Shown: positions 51,867 to 62,133 of the stretch, piece after piece
Position numbering within the stretch: the stretch's first letter is position 1
Layout of the letters: every line of letters starts with the position of its first letter
Assembly (NCBI GenBank): GCA_039798785.1
Contig: JBDKFG010000001.1
Location: 64,001-128,000, forward strand
DNA length: 64,000 bases
Origin: Verrucomicrobiota bacterium
GTDB lineage: Bacteria; Verrucomicrobiota; Lentisphaeria; Lentisphaerales; Lentisphaeraceae
Direction: 5' to 3'
Notes under the pieces: generated by a model
The model's input: the letters and a program-made list of their open reading frames with translations, nothing else
What the model was told of the DNA's origin: nothing
The model's database searches: none
Program-made: the position numbers and the translations under genes

Positions 51867-53183
51867 TCAGGTCTCTTCCCCGCCCTGGCGCGGGGTGAAG
51901 CGTTGCTCCGGCGGCTGGCCGAGGTAGCTGAAGTGGTTGCGGTAGAGCTGGACCAGTCCGGGCACAGGGGTTTCGGCGCGGGTGACCGGGTCGAGCAGGC
52001 AGGTCTGTTCGAGCATCGACACCAGGGCGGCATCGAGATCGAAGCAGCGTTCGGCCTGATTGAGGAGCCAGGGATTGGCGTGGGTGGCGGGCGATTTCGG
52101 CGCGAAGGTGGTGCAGGAGTCCTCGCATTGGACGTTCGAGGCGTGGTAGGTGCCGTAGGCGCGGGCGAGGGCCATGGTTTCGTTTTTGTCGAAGGAGACC
52201 AGGGGGCGCAGGACCAGCAGATCGGTGGCGCGACCGATCGAGTCCATGTTCGGGATGGTCTGGCTGGCGACCTGGGCGGCGGTTTCGCCGGTGACCAGAG
52301 CCCGGGCGTGAAGGCGGGCGGCGAGGACGGTGGCGCAGCGCAGCATCAGGCGGCGGTAGAGGAGGGTGCGGAAGCGTTCCGGCGCCTCGGAGTCGCGGAT
52401 CATCTTCTGCGCTTCGGCCATGTTGCAGGCGTGCAGGGCGCCGCTGCGGCCCTGCCAGGTGTCGAGGGTCAGGGCGATGCCGGCGATCTTGTCGAGCAGC
52501 TCCGGCTTGGTGTAAGGGAAGGAATGGAAGGTGATGTAGTCGACCGGCGCGCCGCGCTTCATGGTGCGGACGCAGGCGACGGGCGAGTCGAGGCCGCCGG
52601 AGAGGAGGGCGAGGACGCGGTGGCTGCTGCCCACCGGCAGGCCGCCGTGTGCGGGACAGACTTCGAAGTAGATGTAGGCGATGTCTTCGCGGACTTCGAG
52701 ATAAAGGGTGGTCTCGGCGTTTTCGAGGTCGAAGCGGAAGTCGCGCTCCTTTCCCGTCGCCTCGGCGACGGCGATCTCCAGTTCGCGGGATGAGTAGGGG
52801 AATTTCTTCCAGGCGCGGCGGGCGCGGACGCGGAAGCTCGAGCCTGGGGCGGTCTTCTCCAGGGCGGCCAGGGCGAGACGAGTCGCGGCGGTGATCAGCC
52901 CCTCGGCCTGCGGCGGCATCATCACCGCGGGGGAGAAGCTTTCCAGGCCGAAGACCCGCGGCAGCCTCTCGCGCATGTGTGCCAGCTCGGCATCATCGAA
53001 GGCGGCGTTGTCGCGACGGCGGAGGGCGTGGCGCCCCTGGTCGATGAGGAAACGCGGCTCGACGATCTGGGGGAGGGAATGGCGGATGTTGGCCCGGAAG
53101 ATCTTCTCGAAATCGCAACGGTTGTCGCCCTTGAGGCCGATTTCATTGTAGCGGAGAATGATGCAGTTGAAGGGGGTGGTCAT
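51867..53183 (-). CDS. thiI: tRNA 4-thiouridine synthase ThiI (no rhodanese domain)
   Basis: RYNEIGLKG.NR, THUMP region, GGLPVG, LLSGGLDSPVA, QVASQT. Confidence 0.92.
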   Translation of the reverse strand: MTTPFNCIILRYNEIGLKGDNRCDFEKIFRANIRHSLPQIVEPRFLIDQGRHALRRRDNAAFDDAELAHMRERLPRVFGLESFSPAVMMPPQAEGLITAATRLALAALEKTAPGSSFRVRARRAWKKFPYSSRELEIAVAEATGKERDFRFDLENAETTLYLEVREDIAYIYFEVCPAHGGLPVGSSHRVLALLSGGLDSPVACVRTMKRGAPVDYITFHSFPYTKPELLDKIAGIALTLDTWQGRSGALHACNMAEAQKMIRDSEAPERFRTLLYRRLMLRCATVLAARLHARALVTGETAAQVASQTIPNMDSIGRATDLLVLRPLVSFDKNETMALARAYGTYHASNVQCEDSCTTFAPKSPATHANPWLLNQAERCFDLDAALVSMLEQTCLLDPVTRAETPVPGLVQLYRNHFSYLGQPPEQRFTPRQGGEET

Positions 53184-53338
53184 GAGTAGTCCTTGACTTG
53201 TAAGGCCGCCAATGTAAGGCGCTTTCGGCGCGCCGAAAGGGGACTTAAGTCAGTAAGTTTAATGTCGGAGCGCTTGCGCAGGTGAAGCTTCGATCTTAGA
53301 ATGGAGCTTAGCAAAATGCCAAGTTCGACAGGAATGAC

Positions 53339-54478
53339 GTGTTCAAGCGCTTACGCCAACTTTTCAGCAAGCCCAGCAGCAGCTCCGGGCCGGAAGCACA
53401 TGCCCACACCTACACGGTGCTGGAGTGCCCCGCTTGCGCTACCGACATTCCTTACGAGGAAGCTGTCGATGGGCTGAACTGGAAGAAGTGCCCCGGCTGT
53501 TCGCGACCCAGCTTGATCCCCCGCCATCTCGGTCCTTTCATGCTTTACGCCATCGCCGGGGAAGGCGGCATGGGACGGGTCTACAAAGCCTCTTGCAGCC
53601 TTTATCCTGACAAGATCTATGCGGTCAAGATCCTGCCGGAGGAGAAGCGCGACAACGCCGAAGCGATCGAGCTGCTTCGCCGCGAAGCCGGCATCACCGC
53701 GCTCTTCAACGGCCACCCGAACTCGGTCACCGCAGTGGAGTTCGACATCCAGGACGGCTGGGCCTACCTGGTCACCGAATACGTCGAGGGTGAAACCCTC
53801 GAGGCTCGCATCGCCCGTGAACCGGGAGGCTTGGATGAGGAGCTGGTACTTAAGGACATGCTCGACCTCACCTCGCTGCTTGAGGCGATCACCTCCCAGG
53901 GCTACCTCTTCCGCGACCTCAAGCCTCAGAACATCATCATCCGTCCGGACGGCCGTCCGGTCCTTCTCGACTACGGGATCGCCATGTCGGCTGAGGAGGC
54001 GAACTCGCTCTGCGAACTCAACTACATCGACGGCTCGCCACATTACGTTCCGCCGGAGCGGCTGATCGGCGAGACCGAGGATGCCCGCAGCGAGATATAC
54101 AGCCTCGGCATGGTGATGGTCCACGCCCTCACCGGCCGACCCTACTTCCAGCTCTCCGGCAAGCAGGCTATCGCCGAAGCCCATGTCAACGCCCAGCGAT
54201 TTTCGATGACCTTGGTGGCCCCGGGCATCACCATGGAGTTGTCGGAGCTTCTCGACCGGATGATCTGCCGTCGCAAGGAAGACAGGATCGTTTCCTTCGC
54301 CGAACTGCGCAAGGCCTTGCGCATGGTTGCCACCATGACCCGCCGCGGCCCCTACTTTGAGACCACAACCCAGCTCATCCGCCTCGGCGACATCGCGGCC
54401 TTGCGCGCCGGCAAGAGCGGCAAGTCGCAGTTCCACGACAAGCAGCGCGAAAAGACTCGCAAGCCTGGGGACAAGTAA
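53339..54478 (+). CDS. Ser/Thr kinase with N-terminal zinc ribbon
   Basis: CPAC..CPGC, GEGGMG, AVK, FRDLKPQN, DYG, GSPHYVPPE. Confidence 0.88.
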   Translation: MFKRLRQLFSKPSSSSGPEAHAHTYTVLECPACATDIPYEEAVDGLNWKKCPGCSRPSLIPRHLGPFMLYAIAGEGGMGRVYKASCSLYPDKIYAVKILPEEKRDNAEAIELLRREAGITALFNGHPNSVTAVEFDIQDGWAYLVTEYVEGETLEARIAREPGGLDEELVLKDMLDLTSLLEAITSQGYLFRDLKPQNIIIRPDGRPVLLDYGIAMSAEEANSLCELNYIDGSPHYVPPERLIGETEDARSEIYSLGMVMVHALTGRPYFQLSGKQAIAEAHVNAQRFSMTLVAPGITMELSELLDRMICRRKEDRIVSFAELRKALRMVATMTRRGPYFETTTQLIRLGDIAALRAGKSGKSQFHDKQREKTRKPGDK

Positions 54479-54583
54479 GCCTGCGCCCATCTTTTTCCGT
54501 GTCCTCTTCCGATTTTTCGCCATGGCTGCCCTTCCTGTCGACCAGTGGCGCTATTGTGCAGCGTCCAACCTCAAGCTTCCTCC

Positions 54584-56557
54584 ATGCTCAATCCCGCTCA
54601 GAAAACCGTCGTAGATCACCGTCAGGGCCCCATCCTGGTCGTCGCCGGCGCCGGCACCGGCAAGACCCACACCCTCACCTCGCGGGTCGCTGCCCTGATC
54701 GAAGAAGGGGTGCAGCCGGAACGCATCCTCCTGCTCACCTTTACCCGCAAGGCCGCCGGCGAGATGATGGAGCGCTGCGGTCAGCTCCTCGGCTTCCCTC
54801 ATGGCTGCCGCCCCGCCCTCGGTGGCGGTACCTTCCACGCCGCCGCCTTCGCCGACCTGAAACGCCTCGGCAGATTGCGCGACCTCTACGGCCTCGCCGA
54901 CGAAGCCGACGGAGGCAAGCAGCTCACCAAGCTCCTCAACCTTCCCGAATTCAAGGTCGTCAAGGATTCCAAGCTGTCCCGCCGCCAGCTCCTGCAGATC
55001 CTCTCCCTCGCCAAGAACACCTGCCAGGATCTCGCCGCGACGATCAAGCAGTTCTTCCCTTCCCACCTCAAGATCCTGAGCGAAGTCGAGGCCCTCCTCA
55101 GCCGTTTTGAGGCCGAGAAGAAGGCCCGCGGCATGATGGACTACGACGACATCCTGGTCGCCTGGCTCATCCTCTTGCGCTCCGATGACGGCGACGCCTG
55201 CCGCAATGTCTACGACTACGTCCTGGTCGATGAATACCAGGACACTTCCAGACTGCAGGTGGAGATCCTCAAGGCCCTGGTTTCCGGACACCGCAACATC
55301 ATGGCGGTCGGCGACGACTGCCAGAGCATCTACTCCTTCCGCGGCGCACTCGCGGCCCAGCTCAAGGAATTCCTCCTCGATTTCCCCGGCGCCCGCTGCG
55401 TCGCCCTGGAGGCCAATTATCGCAGCACCGAAGAGATACTCGATTTCTCCAATCAGGTGATCGCCGAAGCTGCCGACGTCTTGCCCAAGGAGTTGCGTTC
55501 CGCCTTCGGCCAGAAGGGCCCTGAGCCCGACGTCTTCAGGGCGGAGCGCCCCAGCGATGTGGCGCGGCGCATCGCCGACGAGATCGAAAGGCAGCATCGC
55601 GCCGGTTCGCCCCTGCTCGCCTATGCCATCCTTTTCCGCTCCTCCGCCCACGCCATCTCCCTCGAAATGGAGCTCAACCGCCGCCACCTGCCCTACCGCA
55701 AATTCGGCGGCCAGAAGCTCACCGAGGCTGCCCACGTGAAGGACTTCCTCGCCTTGCTCCTCCTTCTTCACGCCGCCAGCCCCCCCGCCTGGGCCCTCGA
55801 ACGCAGCATGGGCCTGCTCCCCGGCATCGGCGAAAAATCGGCCTCCCGCCTGGCCGAGAGCCTGGGCTCGGGAGAAGCGTGGGACAAGCTGAAATTCCCC
55901 GCCAAGGCCCAGTCCCTCGCGATCCGGATCGGCAATTTGCGCCGGGCGCAAGAAGACGAGCCGATGGACAAGGAGGCGATCAAGGCCGCTCTCGAACTCG
56001 CCGACATCGTCTTGCGGGAAAACTATGATGACGCCGACGAACGCTTCGATGACCTCAAGACCATCGGCGAAACCTTGTCCATGGCACCCTCCCTGCGGAT
56101 CTTCTGCACCGACATGGCCCTCGACTACGGTGACACCCCGGACCGTCGCGATCAGGGCCCCTCCGACTACATCACCCTGAGCACCATCCACTCCGCCAAG
56201 GGCAAGGAATGGGACGAGGTGCACGTTTTGAACGTCGCGCAAGGTGCGATCCCCTCAAGCACCTCCTTCGGCAATGTCGCCAAATACGAAGAGGAGCGCC
56301 GCCTTTTCTACGTCGCCATCACCCGCGCCCGCAAACGCCTGCTTTTACACGTTCCCCGCGACGACGGATTCGGCAATTTCCAGCGTCCCTCCGAGTTCAT
56401 CGACACCCTGATCGCCGGCAGCCGCCCCGCCCCGCGGCAGAACGACAGCCCCCCCGCTAATTACCGCACCTGGCAGCCAGTGCCAAGCAAGCCCAAGGTG
56501 CCGCCTCCCCGCAAACCGGAGCCGGGGGATGATTATATTTACATTTACGAGGATTGA
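54584..56557 (+). CDS. UvrD/PcrA/Rep family helicase
   Basis: AGAGTGKT, TFTRKAA, VDEYQD, VGDDCQSIY, TIHSAKGKEW, YVAITRAR. Confidence 0.93.
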   Translation: MLNPAQKTVVDHRQGPILVVAGAGTGKTHTLTSRVAALIEEGVQPERILLLTFTRKAAGEMMERCGQLLGFPHGCRPALGGGTFHAAAFADLKRLGRLRDLYGLADEADGGKQLTKLLNLPEFKVVKDSKLSRRQLLQILSLAKNTCQDLAATIKQFFPSHLKILSEVEALLSRFEAEKKARGMMDYDDILVAWLILLRSDDGDACRNVYDYVLVDEYQDTSRLQVEILKALVSGHRNIMAVGDDCQSIYSFRGALAAQLKEFLLDFPGARCVALEANYRSTEEILDFSNQVIAEAADVLPKELRSAFGQKGPEPDVFRAERPSDVARRIADEIERQHRAGSPLLAYAILFRSSAHAISLEMELNRRHLPYRKFGGQKLTEAAHVKDFLALLLLLHAASPPAWALERSMGLLPGIGEKSASRLAESLGSGEAWDKLKFPAKAQSLAIRIGNLRRAQEDEPMDKEAIKAALELADIVLRENYDDADERFDDLKTIGETLSMAPSLRIFCTDMALDYGDTPDRRDQGPSDYITLSTIHSAKGKEWDEVHVLNVAQGAIPSSTSFGNVAKYEEERRLFYVAITRARKRLLLHVPRDDGFGNFQRPSEFIDTLIAGSRPAPRQNDSPPANYRTWQPVPSKPKVPPPRKPEPGDDYIYIYED

Positions 56558-56691
56558 TTGATTTTGAGTGCGATCAATCCCGCCTCTGATCCTAGAAAAC
56601 ACAAGTCCTTAGTGAAATGGATAAATTGCAGTTGCAGCAATTTTCAACCTTGTGGAATCAAGGCTGATATGAGCAGCTTGATGCAGGCCGG

Positions 56692-56722
56692 AAAAAAGCC
56701 GCCCGGAGACCGGGCGGCTATT
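56692..56722 (-). terminator. Terminator of the rpmH-jag operon
   Basis: A6 then GCCGCCCGG-AGA-CCGGGCGGC. Confidence 0.8.
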
Positions 56723-56742
56723 CAGTAGTATTTTGCTCGCGT

Positions 56743-57846
56743 TTATTTGGTCCGGAGGCTGACGCGGACGCGGCGCTTGGCTTCATCGAAGCTGGCGGTG
56801 ATTTCGGCATCGCCGGAGAAGAATTGAACCGCCTTGCGCGCTTCATCCTCGCTCATCGGCTTGAGAAGGACGTCATCGCCCCACTTCTTGACTTCCTTGG
56901 CGGCGTTTTTGCAATCCAGGGCGAGTCGTTCGGCGGCGCTTTCGGCGCTGACCGGAGTTTCATTGTTGTAGGCCGGGCGCTCTTCGCGGTGGAAGCCAGG
57001 CCCGCGGTCATCGCGGCGGGGACCGCGATCGTCGCGGCGGGGGCCGCGATCGTTGCGGGGACCGCGATCGTCGCGGCGCTCGAAGCGGTCGCGGCGGCTT
57101 TCATCGCCGCGTTCTTCGCGGTCGCGGCGGCCGGGATTGCGGGAGGGGAAGCTGCGGCTCGGGCCGGCGTTTTCGCCTTCGGCAGAGGGGGCTGCGGCTG
57201 GGGCGGAATCGACCTGAGTGGCGGCGTTGGGGTCGACCACCTGGGCGGCGGCGGATTCAGTGCCGGCGCAGGCCTGTGTTTCGGGGCTGGCGGCGGGAGC
57301 GGTGCAGGCCTTGGCTTCGTCGCAGCTGGAAGGAGCGGCGTTTTCGCCTGCGGACTCGGCGGGGCTGCCTTCGGCTGCGGGAGCGGGGGCGGGTGTGGGG
57401 CGTTCACCGCGTTCTTTGCGGGGGCCACGTTCCTGGCGTTCGCCGCGGGGCGGGCGTTCTTCGCGGGGCGGGCGCTCGGGGCGGTCTTCGAAGCGCTCCT
57501 TGCGGCGTTCTTCGCGACGGGCCTGTTCCTGGTCGCGTTTTTCGGAGGGGCTGTTGTTGCCCTTGCCGTAGCCGTCGACGTCGATGAAGACCTTGGGGAA
57601 ATTCTCGACATCCTTGCGGAGGATGTTGTTCATCAGGATGCTGAGAGAGTTGAGGTGGACGCCGTTGCGGCCGATGAGTCGGCCGGGTTCTTCGGTGAGG
57701 ACATTGAGGACGATCTTGTTGCCGTTGACGTTGTCCTTGACTTCGGCTTTGAGGCCGAGGAGGCCGATCATCTTGCTGAAGACTTCACGGGATTTGGCGG
57801 CGTGGGCACCGGTCTGGACCGGATCGGGGCTTTGAACTTGTGACAT
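56743..57846 (-). CDS. jag: Jag/KhpB-like KH-domain RNA-binding protein
   Basis: GRLIGRNG KH motif, DVDGY, L.PM; position after yidC. Confidence 0.78.
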   Translation of the reverse strand: MSQVQSPDPVQTGAHAAKSREVFSKMIGLLGLKAEVKDNVNGNKIVLNVLTEEPGRLIGRNGVHLNSLSILMNNILRKDVENFPKVFIDVDGYGKGNNSPSEKRDQEQARREERRKERFEDRPERPPREERPPRGERQERGPRKERGERPTPAPAPAAEGSPAESAGENAAPSSCDEAKACTAPAASPETQACAGTESAAAQVVDPNAATQVDSAPAAAPSAEGENAGPSRSFPSRNPGRRDREERGDESRRDRFERRDDRGPRNDRGPRRDDRGPRRDDRGPGFHREERPAYNNETPVSAESAAERLALDCKNAAKEVKKWGDDVLLKPMSEDEARKAVQFFSGDAEITASFDEAKRRVRVSLRTK

Positions 57847-57882
57847 GTAAGGATTCTCCGGGGGGATTTCCGCGCGACGGTC

Positions 57883-59697
57883 TCAGGCCTTGGTGGCGGC
57901 TGCAGTCGAGAGCGGGGCGGACGTATTGCTGAGTTTGTATTGGAGGATGGTCATGAGAGTCTGGACGGTCCAGTAGAGCGTCAGACCGGAGGGCATTCCG
58001 TAACAGAGCACCAGCATGATTACGGGCATGGCCATCATAATCTTCTTCTGCATATCGTCGGCAGAGGAAGGCATGAGCTTCTGTTGCAGAAGCATGAGGG
58101 CGCACCAAGCGATGGCGAGCGGTCTGATGGGGAGACCGATGCCGGGGACTTCCCAGACGGTGTCCGGCATGGACAGGTCGGTGACCCAGAGGAATTCGCT
58201 GTGGCGCAGTTCGATGGCGCTTCTCAGCGCGTTGAAGAGGGCGATGAACACTGGCATCTGCAAGAGCATGGGCAGGCAGCCGCCGAGAGGGTTCACTCCT
58301 TCTTCTTTGTACAACTCCATCACCTTCTGGGATTGGAGTTGGGGGTTGTCCTTGTATTTCTCCTGCAGCTCCTTCATCTTCGGAGCCAGGGCGGACATTT
58401 TCTTCATCGATTCGTTGCTCTTGTTGGTAAGGCGCCAGAAGAGCAACTTGACTGCGATGGTGAGGAGGATGATGGCGAGGCCCCAGGAGGCGACGAACTG
58501 GTAGAAGAACTTCAGGACTTCGAGAATGCCTTGTGACATCCAGCCGAGCCAGCCGACCTTGAACCACATGAACATGTTGAGCTGCATGACGCCTTTGCGG
58601 TTGTCGCCAAGGTCTTTGAGCTCCTGCAGTTCCTGGGGGCCGGCGAAGATGTCGAAGCTGAGCTCCTTGCTGGCGCCGGGTGCGAGGTCGAAGTCGGGGA
58701 TCTTGCCGGCGGCGGCGACCAGGGTGTAATGCCTGTCGTGATCACCATCCTTGCGGTCTTCGCGGAGGACTTTGATGCGGCTGAGGTGTGCCGCCTCAAA
58801 GGGCTGGGCGGGCTTGACGATGAAGGCGAAGTACTGGTTCTTGACGGCGATCCACTGGAAGCCCTTTTTGTGATCGGGGGCTTCGAAGTCGAAGCGGGCT
58901 GGCTTGCCCTGCTGCTCGAGATCGTCAAGGTCGGAGGCGATCGAGGAGAGGAATTCGGTGTGGACCTTGTCGTCTTCGGCATCGTAACAGTCGACGCCCT
59001 GATCAAAGCCCATGGCCTGTTTGGCGAAGAAGTCGAGGTCGCCGAACTGGATCGGCGGGGTGAGTCCGCAGTTGATTTCGAGGCCTGTGATCTTCAAAGG
59101 CTCGGAGGGAGAGAGGTTGCGGATTTCGACCTTGCGGGTGAAGGCGTGCGGATGTTTGGGGTTCTGGTCGAGCGTCCAGGTCTCGGTGATCTGGCATTCC
59201 TTGCCGTTGATCAGGAGATCGGTGCGGGTGCTGATCGACTTGTCATCCTGGCTGAGGATCTGCGTTTTGCCTGATTTCCATTCCTTGGCGCTGCCCTGCC
59301 AGGTGAGCGAGGGGTTGAGGTCGTCGCCAATGTGGACGAGCTGTTCCTTGCCCTTGATCAGGGTGTGGCCGGGGAAGAGAGCTGTTCCAAGGCCTTTGCC
59401 GGGCAGGATCTGGATTTCGCTCTTGTTGGCGACCTTGAGGGTGACGGGGGGCAGGGGGGCGGCGGGGACGATCAGCTTGGGTGTCTGGTTGGCAGCGGGA
59501 ACGGTTGGGGCGGTCGCGCCGGGGCTGAGGGCGGCTAGGTCCGCTGCGGGAGTTGCGCTGAGCGGCTGGGCGTCTGCGATGCCGGCTTGGGGAGGGGGGG
59601 CGAAACCGAGCTTCCGTTCGATGGCGGGACCGTAGATGAGCCAGAGAATCAAGCCGAGGCTGAGTGCGACGAGGCCGAAGATGCCTTTCTTATCCAT
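57883..59697 (-). CDS. yidC: Membrane insertase YidC
   Basis: WGLAIILLT, NPLGGCLP, QMPVF, PSGLTLYW. Confidence 0.96.
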   Translation of the reverse strand: MDKKGIFGLVALSLGLILWLIYGPAIERKLGFAPPPQAGIADAQPLSATPAADLAALSPGATAPTVPAANQTPKLIVPAAPLPPVTLKVANKSEIQILPGKGLGTALFPGHTLIKGKEQLVHIGDDLNPSLTWQGSAKEWKSGKTQILSQDDKSISTRTDLLINGKECQITETWTLDQNPKHPHAFTRKVEIRNLSPSEPLKITGLEINCGLTPPIQFGDLDFFAKQAMGFDQGVDCYDAEDDKVHTEFLSSIASDLDDLEQQGKPARFDFEAPDHKKGFQWIAVKNQYFAFIVKPAQPFEAAHLSRIKVLREDRKDGDHDRHYTLVAAAGKIPDFDLAPGASKELSFDIFAGPQELQELKDLGDNRKGVMQLNMFMWFKVGWLGWMSQGILEVLKFFYQFVASWGLAIILLTIAVKLLFWRLTNKSNESMKKMSALAPKMKELQEKYKDNPQLQSQKVMELYKEEGVNPLGGCLPMLLQMPVFIALFNALRSAIELRHSEFLWVTDLSMPDTVWEVPGIGLPIRPLAIAWCALMLLQQKLMPSSADDMQKKIMMAMPVIMLVLCYGMPSGLTLYWTVQTLMTILQYKLSNTSAPLSTAAATKA

Positions 59698-59953
59698 TGC
59701 GTGATTGATTCCTGTCAGAAGTGGGGGGAGGTACCGGATCGTAGCTGGATCCGCGGTACCAAGGGTGGCAGCGGAGGAGTCTTCCGGCGGTGTAGAAGAA
59801 GCCTCTCAGGAAGCCGTGCTCAAGGAAGCACAGTCGGCCATATTCGGAGCAACTGGGGTGGAAGCGGCAGACCTTGGGCAGCAGGGGGCCGATGAAGAGC
59901 TGGTAGCCCCGGATGGCGCGTTCGCCGAGCCAGGCCAGGAGACCGGCTTTCAT
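59690..59953 (-). CDS. yidD: Membrane protein insertion efficiency factor
   Basis: CRFHPSCSEY, RLLRCHPW, YDPVP. Confidence 0.94.
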   Translation of the reverse strand: MKAGLLAWLGERAIRGYQLFIGPLLPKVCRFHPSCSEYGRLCFLEHGFLRGFFYTAGRLLRCHPWYRGSSYDPVPPPTSDRNQSRNG

Positions 59954-60348
59954 GAGGGCAGGTGGCCGGCGTTGCGGAGCAGCTGCAGCAGCTCGGCCTG
60001 AACCCTGGGGGCCTTGCGGCCGTGCAGGCTGCGGCGGGCAACGAGAACGATCCACAGCGGCGGCAGGCTGCTGCTTACCAGGCGGAAGGCTTCCCGGAGG
60101 AGGCGTTTGGCTCGATTGCGCTCGACCGCATCGTTGTCGTACTTGCGTCCGACCACTACGCCGAGACGGCAGCGGCCGTCAGGCGCAGGCAGGGTGCTGA
60201 GGAGCATCAGTTTGCCAGGATGGCTTGAGCCGGATTCGCGCATCGTGCTGAACTCGGCACCGCTGATCAGGCGCTTGTCGCGGCCGAAACTGGCCTCGCC
60301 GGTCTGCAGGAGACCGGCGGGAGTCTTGCTGCCGAGGAATTCCGACAA
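59950..60348 (-). CDS. rnpA: RNase P protein component
   Basis: RLGVVVGRK, AVERNRAKRLLREAFR; start uncertain. Confidence 0.92.
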   Translation of the reverse strand: MSEFLGSKTPAGLLQTGEASFGRDKRLISGAEFSTMRESGSSHPGKLMLLSTLPAPDGRCRLGVVVGRKYDNDAVERNRAKRLLREAFRLVSSSLPPLWIVLVARRSLHGRKAPRVQAELLQLLRNAGHLPS

Positions 60349-60352
60349 GGAA

Positions 60353-60490
60353 TCAGGCGCCGCAGAGCTTGTGGCGGCCTTTCTGGCGGCGGGCGGAGAG
60401 AACTTTGCGGCCGCCTTTGGTGGCCATGCGGGCGCGGAAGCCGACGTTGCGGATGCGCTTGATCTTGGAGGGCTGGTAGGTGCGTTTCAT
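60353..60490 (-). CDS. rpmH: 50S ribosomal protein L34
   Basis: [10 protein letters not shown]...[18 protein letters not shown]. Confidence 0.97.
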   Translation of the reverse strand: MKRTYQPSKIKRIRNVGFRARMATKGGRKVLSARRQKGRHKLCGA

Positions 60491-60796
60491 GTTCGTTTTT
60501 CCTTGTCGTTGGTGGATCTTGCCGCCTCTGCAATCGGGATGATGGGCAGGCCACCGGCGGTTTTCCGGGGGGCGCGGGCCGCGTATCTTACACGGAAGCG
60601 CCGTTTCATCAACTGCTTTTCGTCGATTTGTCGAGGGCCTTCCTGTTCCTAACTGTGGCACCTGTCCTGCGTCTGAAGGGCTCGTTGCCGGGAATTTATT
60701 ACACATTTGACATGATATAGTGGTTGAATATCAAAAATTGTAATATATCATTGATGTGTCCTGATAGTCGCTAGAACAACACAAGGAGATACGCCC

Positions 60797-61630
60797 ATGA
60801 AGAAAATCGTAAGCAGCCTTCTCTTCACCGCCTTTTTCACCGCTCAAGCCGCGGAAGAGGCTGCGCCGGTCCCGGCCCAAGAAGAGTACAAGCCTTGGAG
60901 TCTGGTGCTGGACTCTGGAGTTCATTCGCACTACTGGTGGCGCGGCCTGACTCTCAATCCGGATCCGGTCAACCAGAATGCGGTGACCTTTGAGTATGCC
61001 TTGGACAAGGAAGGGGACTTGGGCACCATCGGCCTGAACTACTGGAACAACGTCGATCTGACCCAGGTGACCGGCAACGCCGGCGATATCACCGAGAATG
61101 ACTGGGGGGTATACTGGTACAAGGGGCTGGGAGATCTCGGAACTCTCAAATTGGGGGCCGTCTACTACGACTATCCTGCCGCCGCCGCCCTGGGCGAGAA
61201 CTATTTCAGCCATTCGGCCGAAGCTTACGCGATTTTCACCGCCAACTGCTTCCTCAAGCCGGAGTTGAGCGTCTGGTATGACTTCCAGAAGTCCGACGGC
61301 CTGTATGTCTCCTTCGGTCTCTCGCACTCGGTGCCGTTGGAAAGCGTGGCGGATTTCGCCAAGGACTGGAGTCTTGACCTCTCCAGTGTCGTCGGCTGGA
61401 ACAGCGGAAAGAACATGAAGGCCTACTACGGCGAAGTCGAAGAGGACGCCTCCTTCACCGACTTCAACCTCAAGGCCGGCCTGACCATCCCGATGTGCAA
61501 GACTGAGAGCATGTCGATGGCGCTGGAGCCCTACATCCAGTGGTTCACCACCCTCGACCGCTATTACGGCAATGCCGGCGTCAACCAGGACGGTTTCGTC
61601 GGCGGGGTCAACCTCAGCGTCACCTTCTGA
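60797..61630 (+). CDS. Outer-membrane beta-barrel protein (TorF/Gcw_chp-like putative porin)
   Basis: Signal peptide, SHYWWRG, E.D.GV.W, YYDYP, C-terminal Phe; AAGGAG RBS. Confidence 0.75.
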   Translation: MKKIVSSLLFTAFFTAQAAEEAAPVPAQEEYKPWSLVLDSGVHSHYWWRGLTLNPDPVNQNAVTFEYALDKEGDLGTIGLNYWNNVDLTQVTGNAGDITENDWGVYWYKGLGDLGTLKLGAVYYDYPAAAALGENYFSHSAEAYAIFTANCFLKPELSVWYDFQKSDGLYVSFGLSHSVPLESVADFAKDWSLDLSSVVGWNSGKNMKAYYGEVEEDASFTDFNLKAGLTIPMCKTESMSMALEPYIQWFTTLDRYYGNAGVNQDGFVGGVNLSVTF

Positions 61631-61640
61631 CTCCAATGAC

Positions 61641-61674
61641 AAGGCGCGCCGCCCATCTCGGGCGGCGCGCTTTC
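61641..61674. terminator. Terminator between convergent genes
   Basis: GCGCGCCGCCC-ATCTC-GGGCGGCGCGC TTT. Confidence 0.8.
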
Positions 61675-61687
61675 GTCGTTTCGGGCT

Positions 61688-62023
61688 TCAGGCGGCGGGG
61701 ACGCCGATCTGCCGGGCCTCCCGGAGGATGCTGGCGGCGAGTTGGCGGACCCGGGTTCCCGGGGGCAGTTCGGCGACGAAGCTGTCGACGCCGCAGCGCA
61801 TGGCGACGCGCACCCGCCCGCCCGGAACCGGCCGCAGGCTGGTGATCTTGACGGCGGCAAGGGCCGGCACGTGCAAGGCGTCGAGGCTGCGGCGGAGGAT
61901 GGCTGCGGCGCGGCGGAAGTCGCGGGTGCCGAGGGCCCAGATCTCATCGAGGCGCGAATCGGCGCTGCCGGTGAACCAGGTGCCGCTGAGAAGAATGTCG
62001 CTGATGTCGTGTCCGTCGCTCAT
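61688..62023 (-). CDS. Small hypothetical protein (111 aa)
   Basis: Strong GAAGGAG RBS before ATG 62023; ends at the terminator. Confidence 0.72.
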   Translation of the reverse strand: MSDGHDISDILLSGTWFTGSADSRLDEIWALGTRDFRRAAAILRRSLDALHVPALAAVKITSLRPVPGGRVRVAMRCGVDSFVAELPPGTRVRQLAASILREARQIGVPAA

Positions 62024-62073
62024 GGGGTGTCTCCTTCGGGTTTGGTGGCTGTCTGAATCCAGGATGCACCTTG

Positions 62074-62099
62074 ACATGAGACAATTTCGTGTCACATGT
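62074..62099. promoter_or_regulatory. Candidate WYL-regulator operator
   Basis: ACATGAGACA-ATTTCG-TGTCACATGT (9/10), overlapping TTGACA at 62071. Confidence 0.7.
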
Positions 62100-62133
62100 A
62101 GATGAATTCGAAAAAATATCGGGAGCGGTCGTT

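Noticed and set aside
56558..56690. oriC / DnaA boxes (AATGGATAA, TGTGGAATC)
   Set aside because: Two to three mismatches each and too few; not supportable
60491..60600. Structured rpmH leader RNA
   Set aside because: Only short GC-rich pairings, expected by chance at this composition
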